A DNA stretch of 64,000 nucleotides from an uncultured Alphaproteobacteria bacterium (GTDB lineage Bacteria; Pseudomonadota; Alphaproteobacteria; Methylaequorales; Methylaequoraceae), in the NCBI GenBank assembly GCA_902590895.1, contig CACIYM010000001.1:160555-224554 (forward strand), in the 5' to 3' direction. Positions 62,227 to 64,000 of this stretch are shown here, piece after piece. Made by a program: the position numbers and the translations under genes. Numbering within the stretch: position 1 is the first letter of the stretch; each line of letters opens with the position of its first letter. The notes beneath the pieces were generated by a model that was given only the letters and a program-made list of their open reading frames with translations, made no database searches and was not told the origin of the DNA.

Positions 62227-63133
62227 TGTTGTAGTCCAGATTCCTTGTTTAAACGAGGAATCAACGATTGGTGATGTAGTTAGAGGTTTTAAAAAAAAAC
62301 TTCCTAAAGCAAAAGTTATTGTTTACGACAACAATTCAACAGATAATTCTGTGAAACTAGCAAAAAAAAATGGAGCAGAAGTTACTCTTGTCAACAAAAA
62401 AGGTAAGGGTAATGTTGTACGAAGAATGTTTGAAGAAAACATAAATGCTAATTTTTTTATTATGATTGATGCTGATAATACATACGATATAGCTAATATA
62501 AAAGATATCTTAAAAAAAATGAAGGACGAAAGCTATGATATGATGGTCGCAAAAAGAATTCATAGTGATTCTTCTGCTTACAGAACTGGCCATGTTTTTG
62601 GGAATTATTTTTTTTCGAGATTTGTTAATTTAATTTTTGGTAACGATATAACTGATATATTTTCTGGTTTTAGAATTTTCTCAAAAAGATTTATTAAAAC
62701 TTTTCCACAAAATTCCTCAGAATTTGAGATTGAAGCTGAATTAACAATTCATGCACTAGAACAAAAAAATAGAATTGGTGAATTTGAATGTATTTATAAA
62801 GCTCGACCCTCTGGTTCTTTAAGTAAGCTTAATACTTATAAAGATGGTTTAAAAATACTAAAATTAATACTAGTTTTAATCAAAGATGAAAAACCTTTAC
62901 TTTTTTTCTCAATTTTTAGTTTTTTATTTTTTTTCTTATCCCTTTTAATAGGTATTCCAATCATTCATGAATTTTATTTAACCGGCTTAGTGAACAAATT
63001 ACCTTCAGCAGTTTTATCAGGGTTATTAATGATTGTATCTATTTTATTTTTCTTTGGTGGTTTAATTTTAGATGTAATTAAAAAAATAAGGTATGAAAAT
63101 AAAAGAATAAGTTTTTTACTCTACAAAGACTAG
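62216..63133 (+). CDS. Glycosyltransferase family 2 with C-terminal TMs
   Basis: IPCLNEE, DNNSTD, GKG, DAD, FEIEAELT, SKL..YKDG. Confidence 0.92.
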   Translation: MISNVVVQIPCLNEESTIGDVVRGFKKKLPKAKVIVYDNNSTDNSVKLAKKNGAEVTLVNKKGKGNVVRRMFEENINANFFIMIDADNTYDIANIKDILKKMKDESYDMMVAKRIHSDSSAYRTGHVFGNYFFSRFVNLIFGNDITDIFSGFRIFSKRFIKTFPQNSSEFEIEAELTIHALEQKNRIGEFECIYKARPSGSLSKLNTYKDGLKILKLILVLIKDEKPLLFFSIFSFLFFFLSLLIGIPIIHEFYLTGLVNKLPSAVLSGLLMIVSILFFFGGLILDVIKKIRYENKRISFLLYKD

Positions 63134-63134
63134 T

Positions 63135-63410
63135 TTACTTTATTGGAATTGAGATTTTTTTAACTTTTTTACTTTTATTTTTTTTATAATTTTCATTGAT
63201 TATATTTTTTTTATTTTCATTTATTAACCAAACCATCTGCATTGCAAGTGAATGAACTCTTTTCGCGCTAGTTTCGCCTGATAAAAACCTTGCAAATTGA
63301 CGTTTGCTTATTCCCAGAGCGAATGAACCTGAATTTATAGTAAAATCATTTTTTTTCATCCATACTTTTATCTCATCAGGTGAGGGATTATCTATATCAA
63401 AAAAAAGCAT
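63135..63410 (-). CDS. Small hypothetical protein, possible XRE-like HTH
   Basis: ALGISKRQFARFLSGE helix-turn-helix-like segment; ATG abuts the actP stop codon. Confidence 0.6.
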   Translation of the reverse strand: MLFFDIDNPSPDEIKVWMKKNDFTINSGSFALGISKRQFARFLSGETSAKRVHSLAMQMVWLINENKKNIINENYKKNKSKKVKKISIPIK

Positions 63411-64000
63411 CTATTTTCTTCCAAGATATGATTGTTTTACAAGTAAGTAAAATTTATTTTCATCTACATTTTTTTTATCGATTTTTGATATCAAAAATAT
63501 AAATAAAAAAGATGTGATCATAGAAAAAAGTCCTGGGTATTTATACGGAAATATTGCTTTTTCAAAATTAAATATTTCTACCCAAACAGTTGGACTCAAT
63601 ATAACTAAAATTATTGCTGTAAATAAACCGATCATTCCTCCGACAAAAGCTCCGTTTGTGGTTAAACCTTTCCAAGTAATTGTCAAAAAAAGTATAGGAA
63701 AATTTGTGCTTGCAGCTATTGCAAAAGCTAAACCAACTAAAAAAGCAACATTTTGTCCCTCAAAAATAATTCCTAGTATAATTGCTAATATTCCGATAAA
63801 AACAGAAGATACTTTTGAAACAATAATTTCTTTTTTTTCATTAGCTTTTCCTTTATTAAATACGTACACATAAAGATCTCGTCCTATAGCTGATGCTCCA
63901 GCTAGGGTTAGTCCGGATACAACTGCCAATATTGTTGCAAAAGCCACCGCAGAAATAAAACCCAGAAAAATATCTCCACCCAAAACATGTGATAAATGAA
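63411..64000 (-). CDS. actP: Cation/acetate symporter (SSS family), 5' part beyond the window
   Basis: [55 protein letters not shown]; frame open to the edge. Confidence 0.9.
   Translation of the reverse strand, partial: HLSHVLGGDIFLGFISAVAFATILAVVSGLTLAGASAIGRDLYVYVFNKGKANEKKEIIVSKVSSVFIGILAIILGIIFEGQNVAFLVGLAFAIAASTNFPILFLTITWKGLTTNGAFVGGMIGLFTAIILVILSPTVWVEIFNFEKAIFPYKYPGLFSMITSFLFIFLISKIDKKNVDENKFYLLVKQSYLGRK

Noticed and set aside
1..64000. CRISPR arrays, rRNA, transposases, integrases, prophage or defence genes
   Set aside because: No repeat-spacer periodicity and no ORF with such motifs seen. Poly-A/T runs are ubiquitous and reflect composition, so they were not called as phase-variation tracts.

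Overview
A very AT-rich, tightly packed chromosomal segment with alphaproteobacterial gene order (rne/amiC-mrcA-prfB, tyrS/anmK, M48-aroQ-accBC-aat, NDUFA12-mlaD, C4-pathway hemA). It looks like a streamlined, free-living, probably marine alphaproteobacterium; the lifestyle is inferred. Most of it is housekeeping. The left end holds a porin (cut by the window edge, missing from the ORF track) downstream of a NitT/TauT-type ABC transporter plus ExbB-ExbD-ExbD-TonB. The centre holds thiOSG, fhs, galU-ugd-pgm, clpS-clpA, a stand-alone NrdJ C-terminal domain and a complete cysE-iscRSUA-hscBA-fdx-iscX-mnmA operon with an IscR-type operator. A variable region follows tRNA-Met(CAT). Best candidate for a new system: a Cys-cluster, secreted-type leader ORF ending in NSPP, whose Ser-Pro codons can pair with the Shine-Dalgarno of the next gene, a His/Met-rich outer-membrane protein. 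This resembles a CutF/CruR-like copper-sensing ribosome-stalling switch with a non-canonical arrest motif. Also notable: prfB has a GTT-TGA-A frameshift site instead of CTT-TGA-C, the NrdJ tail domain is orphaned, and dxs is absent from its usual locus. All calls come from reading motifs and synteny; no searches were run.
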